DNA of 64,000 bases from a virus (taxonomy: Duplodnaviria; Caudoviricetes): IMG/VR virus record IMGVR_UViG_3300028186_000155. One strand, written 5' to 3'. This document shows positions 18,977-27,982 of the stretch, piece after piece. The notes under the pieces were generated by a model. It was not told the origin of the DNA and did not search any database. It worked only from the letters and a program-made list of their open reading frames with translations. Numbering within the stretch: the stretch's first letter is position 1; the number at the start of each line of letters is the position of its first letter. Position numbers and translations under genes: made by a program.

Positions 18977-19338
18977 CTGCCAGACTTGATATCAAATGTG
19001 ACCATTCCCAAATGCGGCCCATCGCAAGGTTGATCAGGCACGCCATAAATACCTGCCTTGTGATCTAGCCGGTCATCGGTCTTTACGCGGCTGCCCTCTA
19101 GCGTGCGTACATATTGACGTAGCAAAATGTTTTGCGCTTTGAATTCCCTGTTACTCTGTTTGAATTCGTCCACTTCATTTTTGAGCCTGTGCCAATTGCC
19201 CCGAACGTGAGCAAGATCAGTGCGCAATCCATCAGCCTCATTAGATACGCGCATAAACTTGCGGCGCCAAACAAAAGAAGACCACATCATAACGCCGAGC
19301 ATCACCAGCGTAAGAATTAACGGCCAATCAGCATTCAT
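18961..19338 (-). CDS. TM + coiled-coil protein, paralog family B
   Basis: WSSFVWRRKF..GMVTFDIKSGRWHIT. Confidence 0.8.
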   Translation of the reverse strand: MNADWPLILTLVMLGVMMWSSFVWRRKFMRVSNEADGLRTDLAHVRGNWHRLKNEVDEFKQSNREFKAQNILLRQYVRTLEGSRVKTDDRLDHKAGIYGVPDQPCDGPHLGMVTFDIKSGRWHIT

Positions 19339-19607
19339 GTTACGCGCCAGCCTCCAGTCTTTTTGCACAGTTCGAAAGTAGCGCCCACCTGTTCCTGTTC
19401 CTTGGGCGTATCGTACTTGGAGCGGAATTTGTGCAGGTGACGCAATTGCAGGTTTTCTACTTCCAGCAGCATTGCTTTCGCTTCGGCTGCCTGCACACGG
19501 CGGCGCATGGCGGTTATGCGTTCGTATTGTTTCACCGACAGCATAACCATGAACATGCAGGCGCCAATTAAAAACACGGTGCCGATTTGTGACCCGGTAA
19601 TGGTCAT
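19335..19607 (-). CDS. TM + coiled-coil protein, paralog family B (divergent)
   Basis: GGAGG RBS; GATFELCKKTGGWRVT. Confidence 0.75.
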   Translation of the reverse strand: MTITGSQIGTVFLIGACMFMVMLSVKQYERITAMRRRVQAAEAKAMLLEVENLQLRHLHKFRSKYDTPKEQEQVGATFELCKKTGGWRVT

Positions 19608-19615
19608 GGTGCCTC

Positions 19616-20008
19616 CTACGAATGGCAGTCGATTTTTACGCGGGCGTTGGTGGCTGCTGCGGCCTGTTCCATCGCCGGGCGCATATGGTCGGCATTCTTG
19701 GCACACGCAGGCTCGGCGTATTCTTTGCCGTAGAACTGCGCCAGTGCGAAACCGTCGCACTGTTCGTTCTCCGTGCCCTGCGCCGCGCACACTTTGAAAT
19801 TCAGTGTGGCCAGCACGGGCAACTTACTTTCGGGCATGCCGCTTTTGCAGCTAAAGGTTCCTGTGCGCTTTTCTTTAAGCGCAGATTCCTGCATGCCGTC
19901 ACGATTGTAATTGCACATGAAAGCAGCTTGCGCCGTGAAGAAATCTGCGACACGCACTTCCTTGCACGGTTGACCAGCCAGACAAATATTCAGCATCAGC
20001 GAAAGCAT
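19616..20008 (-). CDS. Cys-rich protein with two internal repeats (YebW/DUF1482-like)
   Basis: LNICL..PC...FF..C repeated as LNFKVC..C..FY..C. Confidence 0.6.
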   Translation of the reverse strand: MLSLMLNICLAGQPCKEVRVADFFTAQAAFMCNYNRDGMQESALKEKRTGTFSCKSGMPESKLPVLATLNFKVCAAQGTENEQCDGFALAQFYGKEYAEPACAKNADHMRPAMEQAAAATNARVKIDCHS

Positions 20009-20026
20009 TTTATGTTCCTTAGACCA

Positions 20027-20599
20027 TTAGGCCAGTGTGATTACTTTTTTGTTGTCGCTGCCACGTGTGTCGTTCAGCCATTTGACTGCGCGCTTCACGT
20101 AGCGTTTGAAGTCACCGACGTTTTCACAGTCGATATAGTCGTGGTCGTTTTCCGGGGTGGCGATGCGCTGAAGTTTGAAACGGCTTTTCGGATAACGCAC
20201 TTTCCATTGGAACGACAACGGCAGGTCGTAGGCATCAGGTTCCATACCGCGACCATAACTGAAGTCGATTTCGTGGCCTGCGTTGGTTTTAAACGTGAAG
20301 CACCAGCCATATTGCACCGGCCCGAAAACGCCTTCATGTTCCACACTGGAAACGATGGCGCCCAGTTGTTCGGCTGCGGCTTTTAGTCGCGCAATGATTT
20401 TTTCTTGGCGTTTGAATTCTGCGTCGATACGGACAATCAGTTCGGCCAAGGAAATTTCCCGATGCTGCGCCGCCTGCAACATGCGCAAATGGTTATGTGC
20501 CGCTTGGAAAACTTCTTCGGCGTTGGCCAGCATTTGATCGTGTTGCGCGTCCCATGCGAAGCCGGTGGCAGGGATTTCAATTTTCTTTGCGCGTGCCAT
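20027..20599 (-). CDS. hypothetical protein
   Basis: GAGGA RBS; N-terminal coiled coil. Confidence 0.8.
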   Translation of the reverse strand: MARAKKIEIPATGFAWDAQHDQMLANAEEVFQAAHNHLRMLQAAQHREISLAELIVRIDAEFKRQEKIIARLKAAAEQLGAIVSSVEHEGVFGPVQYGWCFTFKTNAGHEIDFSYGRGMEPDAYDLPLSFQWKVRYPKSRFKLQRIATPENDHDYIDCENVGDFKRYVKRAVKWLNDTRGSDNKKVITLA

Positions 20600-20601
20600 G
20601 T

Positions 20602-21126
20602 TTATTCCTCTTCCGCTGGTTCGTAGCGGTAAATGGTAATCAGGTGGTGAGTGACGCCGTTGCGCACTTCGGTTTTCTTACCGTAGCCACCGCTGTACAT
20701 CCAGCCGTCAGCAACACGATTTGGCGGCAGCTTCGGTTCCTCGTCCCAAGCTTTTTTCGGCTGCGCCCTGATCCAAATTTCTTTGGTCACTTTACCCAAG
20801 CCGAAATATTCCGCGCTCTGTTCGAATTCCCACTGGGCGCGAATTTCTGCGCGGTTGCCCATTGCAGCCATCAGGCCACCGGCAGGAATGGTGATGGTGC
20901 CGAACGAACGCGACGACCGATCACAGATAACACGAATTTCGAGATTGAAATCTATGTCGCTGTTGTGGTCAGGGCGGTGCAGCGCGTAATCAATTTCACG
21001 CCGGTTAATATTGATGCGCACCGGGTAAAGCTTTTTGATTTCGGCAGGCACCGTGATTTCATTTTCAGGTTTACGCATACAATCCTCACAGGTAAGCGTA
21101 AGCGTCGAGTTCCGGCAATTTTTCAT
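20602..21126 (-). CDS. hypothetical protein
   Basis: start may be MRKPE (~21078). Confidence 0.7.
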   Translation of the reverse strand: MKNCRNSTLTLTCEDCMRKPENEITVPAEIKKLYPVRININRREIDYALHRPDHNSDIDFNLEIRVICDRSSRSFGTITIPAGGLMAAMGNRAEIRAQWEFEQSAEYFGLGKVTKEIWIRAQPKKAWDEEPKLPPNRVADGWMYSGGYGKKTEVRNGVTHHLITIYRYEPAEEE

Positions 21127-21709
21127 CGCGCTTGAATCGGCGCATGGTCCACAAAGCGGTTTGAATTCGCCCCTCGTCGTGCAGCAAATTCACCGGGTAG
21201 ATTTCCAGCGGTGGCCGGTAGGTGCGGCGCAGCGCGTCCATTGGATCGCGCACAGCAGGCCCCGAATAAACCACCATCACTTCTTTGCTCGCCATGATGA
21301 ACCGGATAACGAAACCGTGAGTCATCATCGCCAGCGAGAAATCATCAAACGTTTTACCTTCGCACGGGAAACCATCCACGTTCGGATAATCGAACCGGGG
21401 TTTCTCTGTATTTACAGTTTCGACCTCAACCACGGTTTCAATTTCACCCGCCGTTTCAGTTTCACGCATACGGGCCAACGCCCGCTCTTCAGCAGTGAAC
21501 GGGATATCCCGCACAGGCGTTTGATTTGCAGCGTTCCAGAAACCGCCCGGCTCTTCGTCGGTGGTGATTTCCGAAATATCCAGATCGGGCAAGGCGCGTT
21601 CAACGCTATCAGCCTTTTCCAGTTTGGTAATGCGCCACAAAGCATAAACGCACAGCACCACCAAAATGCCCAGCACCGCAAAGAACAATTTGATATGCAG
21701 CGTATCCAT
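21086..21709 (-). CDS. N-terminally anchored membrane protein
   Basis: single TM helix; GGGAG RBS. Confidence 0.75.
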   Translation of the reverse strand: MDTLHIKLFFAVLGILVVLCVYALWRITKLEKADSVERALPDLDISEITTDEEPGGFWNAANQTPVRDIPFTAEERALARMRETETAGEIETVVEVETVNTEKPRFDYPNVDGFPCEGKTFDDFSLAMMTHGFVIRFIMASKEVMVVYSGPAVRDPMDALRRTYRPPLEIYPVNLLHDEGRIQTALWTMRRFKRDEKLPELDAYAYL

Positions 21710-21740
21710 TTGCTACTCCCATCGACTTTTTCAAGGTCGA

Positions 21741-21778
21741 AAAATAACCCCCTTTGAACTGGTCGCCGGGGGTTTATT
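21741..21778 (-). terminator. intrinsic terminator
   Basis: AACCCCC..GGGGGUUAUUUUU after the 508-aa gene. Confidence 0.65.
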
Positions 21779-21796
21779 GGTTTGGGTACTGCCGAG

Positions 21797-23323
21797 TTAC
21801 AGCGCGTTGAACTCGGCAATGGTCATGGTGTTGGCGTAGGTCGGTTGGCCGTCGTTCATGTAGATCAGATCGAGAGGCAAACCGGCGTGACCTTCGGCGG
21901 CAGATACTGCGGTCGAAACACCGTCACGTTTCACGATACGCAGCACCGAAACGATTTTCGATTTTGCGCCCTTCGTTACGCGTACCCCCAGTTCCTTGAT
22001 TTCGTCGCGGGTAGGCTTAACGGTGGTGCCTTTCTTTGCAGTGCCCTTGCCTTCAGCGGCTGCGAAATTCAGGCGTGGAGCCTTGCCGTTTACTTCCTGT
22101 GCCGCTTGCTTGGCTGGGGCCTTGCGGGTGTTCTCGGCAGACTTTGCACCGGCTTTAGCGTTGGTCGAAGCTACACCGGCCTTTTCCATGGCGCCGGAAA
22201 TCAGGGCCAAATCAGAAACGCGGAACTTGCCTTTCACTTCGATGATTGCGGCCAGTGGTACACGCTTGCCGCTGGTGGTGATTACCACGCGTTCGTCGGT
22301 TTCTTTGACGCGCATGATTTTCTCAACCTGTTCCAGCTTGCGGCCATCCATGAAACCTTTGGCGCGCAATTCGGTGGTGCTGATTGCCTTGTGGGCAGGT
22401 GCTGCATTTACTACGGCCTTGGTGGTCGGGGCCTTTGGCGCAGGCTGCGAAGTTTCTTTGTGCTGTGCAGCCGATTTTTCGAGGCCGTGGTTTTTGACCA
22501 TGCGACCTTTGCGAGTGGTGGAAATCTTGGTGGTGAGGTGCTTCCAAGGCTGTGCGGATTCCTCGAATGCGCGCACGTCTTTCAGCGACATATCATCGTA
22601 GGCCCACACTGCTTTGTCCTTCATGGTGACAAACAGCGTTTTGGTGTTGCGGTCGTACTGGGCGCCAGTCAACTGGGTGCTGGTTTTGACTTTCAGGTCG
22701 CGGATTGGGAACACGCGGCCTTCGGTGGCGCTGGCAGCGGCCTTACCGGCGTTTTTGGTGCTGGCCGGGGTTTCGGTCGGGAAATCTTCCTGCTCGACTG
22801 CTGGGGCCTTCGCTGGGGCTTTGGAACCACCTTTTACTGGGGCAGCAGGGGCAGCGGTGTATTTGTCCACCAGATCCAGCTTAACGCGCAGGTTGCCGCG
22901 ATTGTTGAATTCCAGATCGGCAGCGGCGATTTTGCTGCCCTTGTCGGTAACGACAGTGCGCACGCCAGCGATGTTCGAAATACGCAGCACCTTTTCTTTG
23001 CTGCGACCGATCATCAGTTCACCAGCTTCGCGGATGGCGCCGGATTTCAGTTCTACCGCGTCAGCTTTCGGCGCTGGGGCAGCTTTGCCAGCCGGGGCCT
23101 TGGTTTCGGTCGCTTTCGGCGCTGGGGTGCCAGCAGCGGCTTGCTTGGCTTTGAAATCCTTCAGCCAGCTGTTCAGTTCGCGATAGGTAACGCCGTTACC
23201 GATATCGTCACCGAGTTTGTACAGCGGGGCGCCGGTTTCTTTTTTGTGTTGCTTGTTACGCTCGATCAGCGATTCAGCAGCAGCAACCAGCAGGGCAGTT
23301 TGAGTGTGGATTACGTTGGTCAT
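21797..23323 (-). CDS. Lys/Ala-rich multidomain nucleic-acid-binding protein with KTSC domain
   Basis: STQLTGAQYDRNTKTLFVTMKDKAVWAYDDM..F.ES; three related basic modules; KAPA linkers. Confidence 0.75.
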   Translation of the reverse strand: MTNVIHTQTALLVAAAESLIERNKQHKKETGAPLYKLGDDIGNGVTYRELNSWLKDFKAKQAAAGTPAPKATETKAPAGKAAPAPKADAVELKSGAIREAGELMIGRSKEKVLRISNIAGVRTVVTDKGSKIAAADLEFNNRGNLRVKLDLVDKYTAAPAAPVKGGSKAPAKAPAVEQEDFPTETPASTKNAGKAAASATEGRVFPIRDLKVKTSTQLTGAQYDRNTKTLFVTMKDKAVWAYDDMSLKDVRAFEESAQPWKHLTTKISTTRKGRMVKNHGLEKSAAQHKETSQPAPKAPTTKAVVNAAPAHKAISTTELRAKGFMDGRKLEQVEKIMRVKETDERVVITTSGKRVPLAAIIEVKGKFRVSDLALISGAMEKAGVASTNAKAGAKSAENTRKAPAKQAAQEVNGKAPRLNFAAAEGKGTAKKGTTVKPTRDEIKELGVRVTKGAKSKIVSVLRIVKRDGVSTAVSAAEGHAGLPLDLIYMNDGQPTYANTMTIAEFNAL

Positions 23324-23328
23324 GATCT

Positions 23329-23415
23329 AACTTCCTATAAAGTGTGAGTGTCAAACTTAGTCGGCGTGGTTGCCGATTGGATTTCAGAATGCCATTAGAG
23401 GCGCGTGCGTGTCAA
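23329..23415 (-). promoter_or_regulatory. sigma70 promoter P3 with conserved leader
   Basis: TTGACA-18-CATTCT (TGn), hairpin, GACACTCACACTTTATAGGAAGTT. Confidence 0.7.
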
Positions 23416-23702
23416 CGGCTTTTGCGTCGGGTTTCGTTTAGGACCGGGCGAATCTGCAATGCCGGGTCGTTGTTGTACAGGATTCCGTCCGCACCAATGT
23501 AGGTTCCGGGCGCAACGTGCCAAACCTGCATGTGCGGTTCCAGCTTCCTGCGCGGGCCGCCCTCAACTTTCGAAAGCGCTTCCTTGATGGTTTCGCCCCG
23601 GCCCCACTCCCCGAAATCCACGACGATGAATTGTGTTAGCGCCGGGTCGAGGTTGGCGGGGGTTTCGATTTCCGTTTTCGAGACGGCAGCTTTGCGTGCC
23701 AT
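23412..23702 (-). CDS. hypothetical protein
   Basis: GGAG RBS. Confidence 0.75.
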   Translation of the reverse strand: MARKAAVSKTEIETPANLDPALTQFIVVDFGEWGRGETIKEALSKVEGGPRRKLEPHMQVWHVAPGTYIGADGILYNNDPALQIRPVLNETRRKSR

Positions 23703-23744
23703 GGTTCGTACTCCATTTGGGTTTGTGGTTTCAGTGCAGCCAGC

Positions 23745-23768
23745 TTGCGCACCATTCTAGATGCGCAA
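23745..23768 (-). promoter_or_regulatory. intercistronic hairpin family copy H6
   Basis: UUGCGCAUC-UAGAAU-GGUGCGCAA + UGAAAC. Confidence 0.7.
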
Positions 23769-23781
23769 ACGGGTTTACCTG

Positions 23782-24183
23782 TCAGGCGATGTTTCTGGTG
23801 GTGCGTGGTTCAATGTGCGGCACCACTTCACGTTCCAGCACCGTGGATAGAAGTTCAGCGGCTGCGTTTGCTGCGTGAACGTAAACCGCGTCACCTTTTG
23901 TACGCGTGGCAAAATACGTGCAGCCTTCCAAACATTCCGCCAGCGCTTCGGCCTGTTCCGGCGTCTGAATGCAAACGGCAATCAAGTGGCCGTTGCTGCT
24001 GGTAAACAGCGTGTCGAAAAACTCGATAGCCTTTTCCAGCGCCTCAACGTCTAGAGGATGTTCGCGCCCTTCGTTGAAAAGGGCGTCCAGTTCATCAAGC
24101 GCCATTTCCGCCAGAATAGAAAGGCGATGAATGAAAATTACGCGCTGGTGTAGCGTCAGGATCAGTTTCTGCGGGTAAGCCAT
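23782..24183 (-). CDS. hypothetical protein
   Basis: GGAG RBS. Confidence 0.75.
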   Translation of the reverse strand: MAYPQKLILTLHQRVIFIHRLSILAEMALDELDALFNEGREHPLDVEALEKAIEFFDTLFTSSNGHLIAVCIQTPEQAEALAECLEGCTYFATRTKGDAVYVHAANAAAELLSTVLEREVVPHIEPRTTRNIA

Positions 24184-24185
24184 TA

Positions 24186-24536
24186 TTAGTGCTCCGATTG
24201 TGGAATGTGGCTAAAGATGCCGGGGCCTTGTGCGCTGGGTTCCATGCGCAGGTTATTCAGACGGGCATAATCCACTTCGCGGGCGCAATAGGTACGCTCT
24301 TCAGAATCCTGCCCGAACGCAATGCTTTTGCGAACGGTGACAGTGCCGTCTTCGTTTACGGTGAAAGCCTGTTTGCCGAAAACCGGAAAGCCAATCACTG
24401 CGCGTTGGGTTTTGGCGTCGAGGCGAATTTCCTTACCTTCCAAATCTGACAGGCAGATGGTTTCAAAGAACGACAGCACGCCTGCGCTTTTTGGTACTGC
24501 CCAACTTTCGATTGCGGTGAATGCGATCCGGCTCAT
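24186..24536 (-). CDS. hypothetical early protein
   Basis: start refined to MSRIAF after the P4 leader. Confidence 0.75.
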   Translation of the reverse strand: MSRIAFTAIESWAVPKSAGVLSFFETICLSDLEGKEIRLDAKTQRAVIGFPVFGKQAFTVNEDGTVTVRKSIAFGQDSEERTYCAREVDYARLNNLRMEPSAQGPGIFSHIPQSEH

Positions 24537-24542
24537 GTTCCT

Positions 24543-24627
24543 AAACTTCCCTAATTCCGTGAGTGTCATTTTTGCAGGCACAGTTTGCCCGAGGCCCAAA
24601 CTTCTCAAATTCGGTTCCGGCTGTCAA
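24543..24627 (-). promoter_or_regulatory. promoter P4 (degenerate -10) with conserved leader
   Basis: TTGACA-17-GAAGTT, hairpin, GACACTCACGGAATTAGGGAAGTTT. Confidence 0.65.
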
Positions 24628-24849
24628 GCGGCCAATGCAAAAACGGCGGCACCTCTTATACGCGTGTACGCGTGCGAGCGCGTTCCCGTTCCTGAAGTTC
24701 TGCCGTGTGCGCTTCGATTTGGCGGGCCGTGCGTTCGTAGATGCTGCCATGTACGCGGTCGCGCCAGATTTCAAAACAGATGCCGAGCGCACACACAAAC
24801 CAAAGTGCGATTGGTAGGCATTCGGGTGTGCTCAGTATGGTTTCGAGGA

Positions 24850-25056
24850 TCATGGTTTTGGTTCCCCATCAGGTTTTTGGTGCAGGTGCGCTTTCAACTG
24901 CGCTTCGTGTTCGGCAATCTGCCGTTCCTCTTCTGCCTGCCTTCTTTTCATCGCTGCGTACTCGTTGCGCATGTAAATGCCGAACAGGATAAGCAGTGTC
25001 ACCGCCAGAAAAATAATGCCAGCGAATACTATGTTGCGGATCGTCTCCAGTTCCAT
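24850..25056 (-). CDS. small single-TM protein
   Basis: AGGAGG RBS before MELETIR. Confidence 0.75.
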   Translation of the reverse strand: MELETIRNIVFAGIIFLAVTLLILFGIYMRNEYAAMKRRQAEEERQIAEHEAQLKAHLHQKPDGEPKP

Positions 25057-25069
25057 ATGCCCTCCTATG

Positions 25070-25093
25070 AAAAAGCCGGGACGTGCCCGGCTC
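25070..25093 (-). terminator. intrinsic terminator
   Basis: GAGCCGGG-CACGU-CCCGGCUUUUU. Confidence 0.75.
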
Positions 25094-25110
25094 ATTTATT
25101 ACCGCTGGAA

Positions 25111-25569
25111 TTATTCTGTACCCAGCGGATATTTTGCGGTGTCGCGATTGGCCAGCCAGAATTTCAGCAGGGCCTCGGTATTTTCTACAACCGAGTTGCA
25201 CAGCGAATCGGGCTGAATGCGCGAACCCATCTGGTGATGAATAATGTGCGGGTCGAAAAGGTCGCATTGCGAGTTGTACACGTCTTCGAAAATCGAAGAG
25301 GCTGTGCAGTCGCTGCTGGTCCCCGGTTTGATGTTCATCAGGAACGGCAATTGCGTTTTGTAGGCCGTAATCTGCTGGCGCAATTCGTGGAGCGCCTGCA
25401 CCGTGATTTCTTCGCCGCCGTCCTTGATGAATGTGGCGGTGTCCAGAAATTCTGCAACGGCCATCAGGGCAGGCAGCTTTTCGCGGAACTTGGCGCTTTG
25501 CATGAATGCACGCACGCGGCCTTGCGCGCTGTCATAAATGCGCTGGGTGTCACCGATTGGTTTAGTCAT
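25111..25569 (-). CDS. hypothetical protein
   Basis: coupled ORF. Confidence 0.75.
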   Translation of the reverse strand: MTKPIGDTQRIYDSAQGRVRAFMQSAKFREKLPALMAVAEFLDTATFIKDGGEEITVQALHELRQQITAYKTQLPFLMNIKPGTSSDCTASSIFEDVYNSQCDLFDPHIIHHQMGSRIQPDSLCNSVVENTEALLKFWLANRDTAKYPLGTE

Positions 25570-25813
25570 GGGGCTGGTCCTTTAGATAATCGTTAGCTTC
25601 GTGGAATTTTGCGAGCGGACGCCCGCACATTGCGCAGTAGTTGGAGCGGTAGCAAAAGCCGGGGTGCGGAACGGCAATCCGTTTGGTCTTTTCGTTCCAG
25701 TCCGCAATCACCTTCTGAAACGCGGTAGCCTTTTTCATCCAGTCGCGTTCGCAGATGGCGACGTTTTGAATTTCACCAACAATGCAGGTTCCGGGCTTAC
25801 ACTGTTTTGTCAT
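25562..25813 (-). CDS. small Zn-finger-like protein
   Basis: CKPGTC / YCAMCG. Confidence 0.7.
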   Translation of the reverse strand: MTKQCKPGTCIVGEIQNVAICERDWMKKATAFQKVIADWNEKTKRIAVPHPGFCYRSNYCAMCGRPLAKFHEANDYLKDQPHD

Positions 25814-25997
25814 CGTCAGATTTTCCTGCGTGCTTGAGCACAGTCAAAATTAATTGGTGCTCGAAATCCATCTGCTGTTTGCGTGCCTTGTAGTGCATGT
25901 GCATTTTCCAGCAGCGCAGCGCTTCAGGGCCTACGACCAGCAGCACGACCAGCACAGGCACCGCGAACAGCAACCACTTGATTAATTCAGGCGTCAT
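25797..25997 (-). CDS. small TM protein
   Basis: N-terminal hydrophobic helix. Confidence 0.65.
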   Translation of the reverse strand: MTPELIKWLLFAVPVLVVLLVVGPEALRCWKMHMHYKARKQQMDFEHQLILTVLKHAGKSDDDKTV

Positions 25998-26580
25998 AAG
26001 CTACAGGTTCCTCGTAATCCAGCCCTTGGTTTCTGCAAAACTCTTTGTGTGTGATGGTCAGACGCAAAAGCTCGACAGGCTTATTTGTACCGGCGCCAAA
26101 ACTATTTGCCGTTTTAAGCATGTGGTCGCGATCAATCCGGCGCCTCAATTTCTGCGCCAGACGATCCCCAAATTCCGTTGCGTCTGGCAAACGTTCCAAC
26201 CACATATCAACGTACTCGGCGCCGCTTACATTATGCACCTGTTCGTAAATCGGTTCGTCATTGGCGCTGAAACCACTGGGCCACAAACGATTGGTCAGCA
26301 GTGCCCAGCGCAGGCGGTAGCCTTTCGGCACGTCGTGGGTGCGGTTGTCAGGGTCCATATAAATATGCGCCTCGATAAATTTCGGCGGCACGCTTTGCAT
26401 GTGGTCAGGTATCGCCAACACTTTCAGCGATTCGCGGCTTTTGCTTGCGTGGTCGAGTTCAGCCCACAACTTTTCCAGCAGCGTATCGACGTTGCAATTT
26501 TTGTCGCTCTGAATGTCGATGATGGCCTGCGCCAGTTTAATCACGACATTGTTTTTGTAGCCCATGATTTGGTCCTTCAA
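25987..26580 (-). CDS. hypothetical protein
   Basis: coupled ORF. Confidence 0.75.
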   Translation of the reverse strand: MKDQIMGYKNNVVIKLAQAIIDIQSDKNCNVDTLLEKLWAELDHASKSRESLKVLAIPDHMQSVPPKFIEAHIYMDPDNRTHDVPKGYRLRWALLTNRLWPSGFSANDEPIYEQVHNVSGAEYVDMWLERLPDATEFGDRLAQKLRRRIDRDHMLKTANSFGAGTNKPVELLRLTITHKEFCRNQGLDYEEPVAYDA

Positions 26581-27059
26581 ACGGTGGTGAAGTGCTGGCG
26601 TGAGCCAAGGGCAAACGCGTTGTTAAATTCGGTCACGTCAATGTCATGGAACCGGTAAATGGCATTGCCGCCAGTGGTCAGTCCGAGTTGAACCGTGCTC
26701 CACTGCGAATCGCCCATGAGGCGATTTACAGCCTCTTCAATTTCAGGCTGGCGGAACTGGAATTTGGCGCCGGTTTCTTCCACCGGGCGTTGCACGTCAT
26801 GCTCAGGATTCATAATCGCAATGACGTTCATTTTGTCGTAGGTGAATTCCTGCCCTTCGTGGGTCAGGCGTACACATGCGACGTAAGGGCGGAAGCGCAG
26901 GTCTGCGAATTTGTCAGAAGAGCGCAGGTCGATTTTGGTATGGCACGTTTCGCCGCCGAACTCGAAAATGCGTTTCTGCAATTCGTCGTCATGCGCGATT
27001 AGCCACAAAATCATTTCGGTCGTTGGTTGGGTTTCAGACAGCACGGCGACGAAAAACAT
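26577..27059 (-). CDS. hypothetical protein
   Basis: GAGGA RBS. Confidence 0.75.
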   Translation of the reverse strand: MFFVAVLSETQPTTEMILWLIAHDDELQKRIFEFGGETCHTKIDLRSSDKFADLRFRPYVACVRLTHEGQEFTYDKMNVIAIMNPEHDVQRPVEETGAKFQFRQPEIEEAVNRLMGDSQWSTVQLGLTTGGNAIYRFHDIDVTEFNNAFALGSRQHFTTV

Positions 27060-27087
27060 TGGTTGATCCTCAAATTAGTTTCCTACT

Positions 27088-27114
27088 GACAAAGCCCGCA
27101 CAGGGCGGGCTAAG
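27088..27114 (-). terminator. repeated terminator-like hairpin T1
   Basis: CUUAGCCCGCCCUGUGCGGGCUUUGUC. Confidence 0.75.
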
Positions 27115-27120
27115 TTTGGG

Positions 27121-27354
27121 TCAGTGGGCGCGCTTACGGATGGTTTCCAGCAGCGGCATTTCATGCTCAACGAAAGTGTTTTGTTTGCGGTCCAGTGCGG
27201 CCACCACGTGGCCCCGTTCCGATTCGTCCACTGCCCACTCTAAGGTCGCGGTGGCGTAGGACATTAATTCCTGCGTGGTTTTGATTCCGCACCGCTCCAT
27301 CAGTTTCAGCAGGCGTGCGGCGGTGGCTTCGTCGGTGATGATTTCGTGTCGCAT
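27121..27354 (-). CDS. ribbon-helix-helix-like DNA-binding protein
   Basis: MRHEIITDEATAARLLKLMERCGIKTTQELMSYA; GGAG RBS. Confidence 0.65.
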   Translation of the reverse strand: MRHEIITDEATAARLLKLMERCGIKTTQELMSYATATLEWAVDESERGHVVAALDRKQNTFVEHEMPLLETIRKRAH

Positions 27355-27367
27355 TTTATTTCTCCGG

Positions 27368-27565
27368 TCAGTGCTGTTTGATTTTCTTGATTCGCCACGT
27401 GTCGCACTTGGGGCAATGCGTGGTGTATTTGCGGTGATGAATATCGCCGCGCTTGCCCCGGTCGATTGCGGTAAAAGAACCATCGACCGCGCTAGACCAC
27501 AGCACGTCTTCGACCTTCACCAATTTGAAATTGTGACGGCACAGCAATTGGCGCAGCCAAATCAT
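27368..27565 (-). CDS. small Zn-ribbon protein
   Basis: CRH..CPKC. Confidence 0.65.
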   Translation of the reverse strand: MIWLRQLLCRHNFKLVKVEDVLWSSAVDGSFTAIDRGKRGDIHHRKYTTHCPKCDTWRIKKIKQH

Positions 27566-27975
27566 TTTGCGTTCTCCAGAACGGCCACGCGCTTAGGAAT
27601 GCGGCGCGCTTTAGTTCCATCGGGCATGCGTACCCACACGTATTCAGAAAGGGCCGTAACGATCCCACAAAAGAGCGTAGAGCCGTTATTCAGGCCCACG
27701 GCCACAGTATCACCGAGCCTTATCAATTTACCGCGCACGTCGAGTGGAATAGGCGGTGTGTAATCCGGGTTCGCGTAACGCGTAACCAACGCCACCAATT
27801 GCTTTGTGTCGAGGTCGTTAACCAGCAGGCTAGAAATGAAACGGCCACGCTCGCCATTTACGAAAACGAACCAGCACCATTTTTTGCCGTCCTGATCCTT
27901 TTTCAACTTCAGGCCTTTCCGGTCCAGCAGCTTGTTCGCGTCAACAATTTTTGTGTGGCGTTCTTGGACGATCAT
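27562..27975 (-). CDS. hypothetical protein with C-terminal SH3/KOW-like domain
   Basis: DVRGKLIRLGDTVAV. Confidence 0.7.
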   Translation of the reverse strand: MIVQERHTKIVDANKLLDRKGLKLKKDQDGKKWCWFVFVNGERGRFISSLLVNDLDTKQLVALVTRYANPDYTPPIPLDVRGKLIRLGDTVAVGLNNGSTLFCGIVTALSEYVWVRMPDGTKARRIPKRVAVLENAK

Positions 27976-27982
27976 GCGAGCC

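Noticed and set aside
4777-23790. Hammerhead ribozyme reading of the hairpin + GAAAC family
   Set aside because: No CUGANGA immediately 5' of the stem, GAAAC is not adjacent to the stem, and stems I/III were not found
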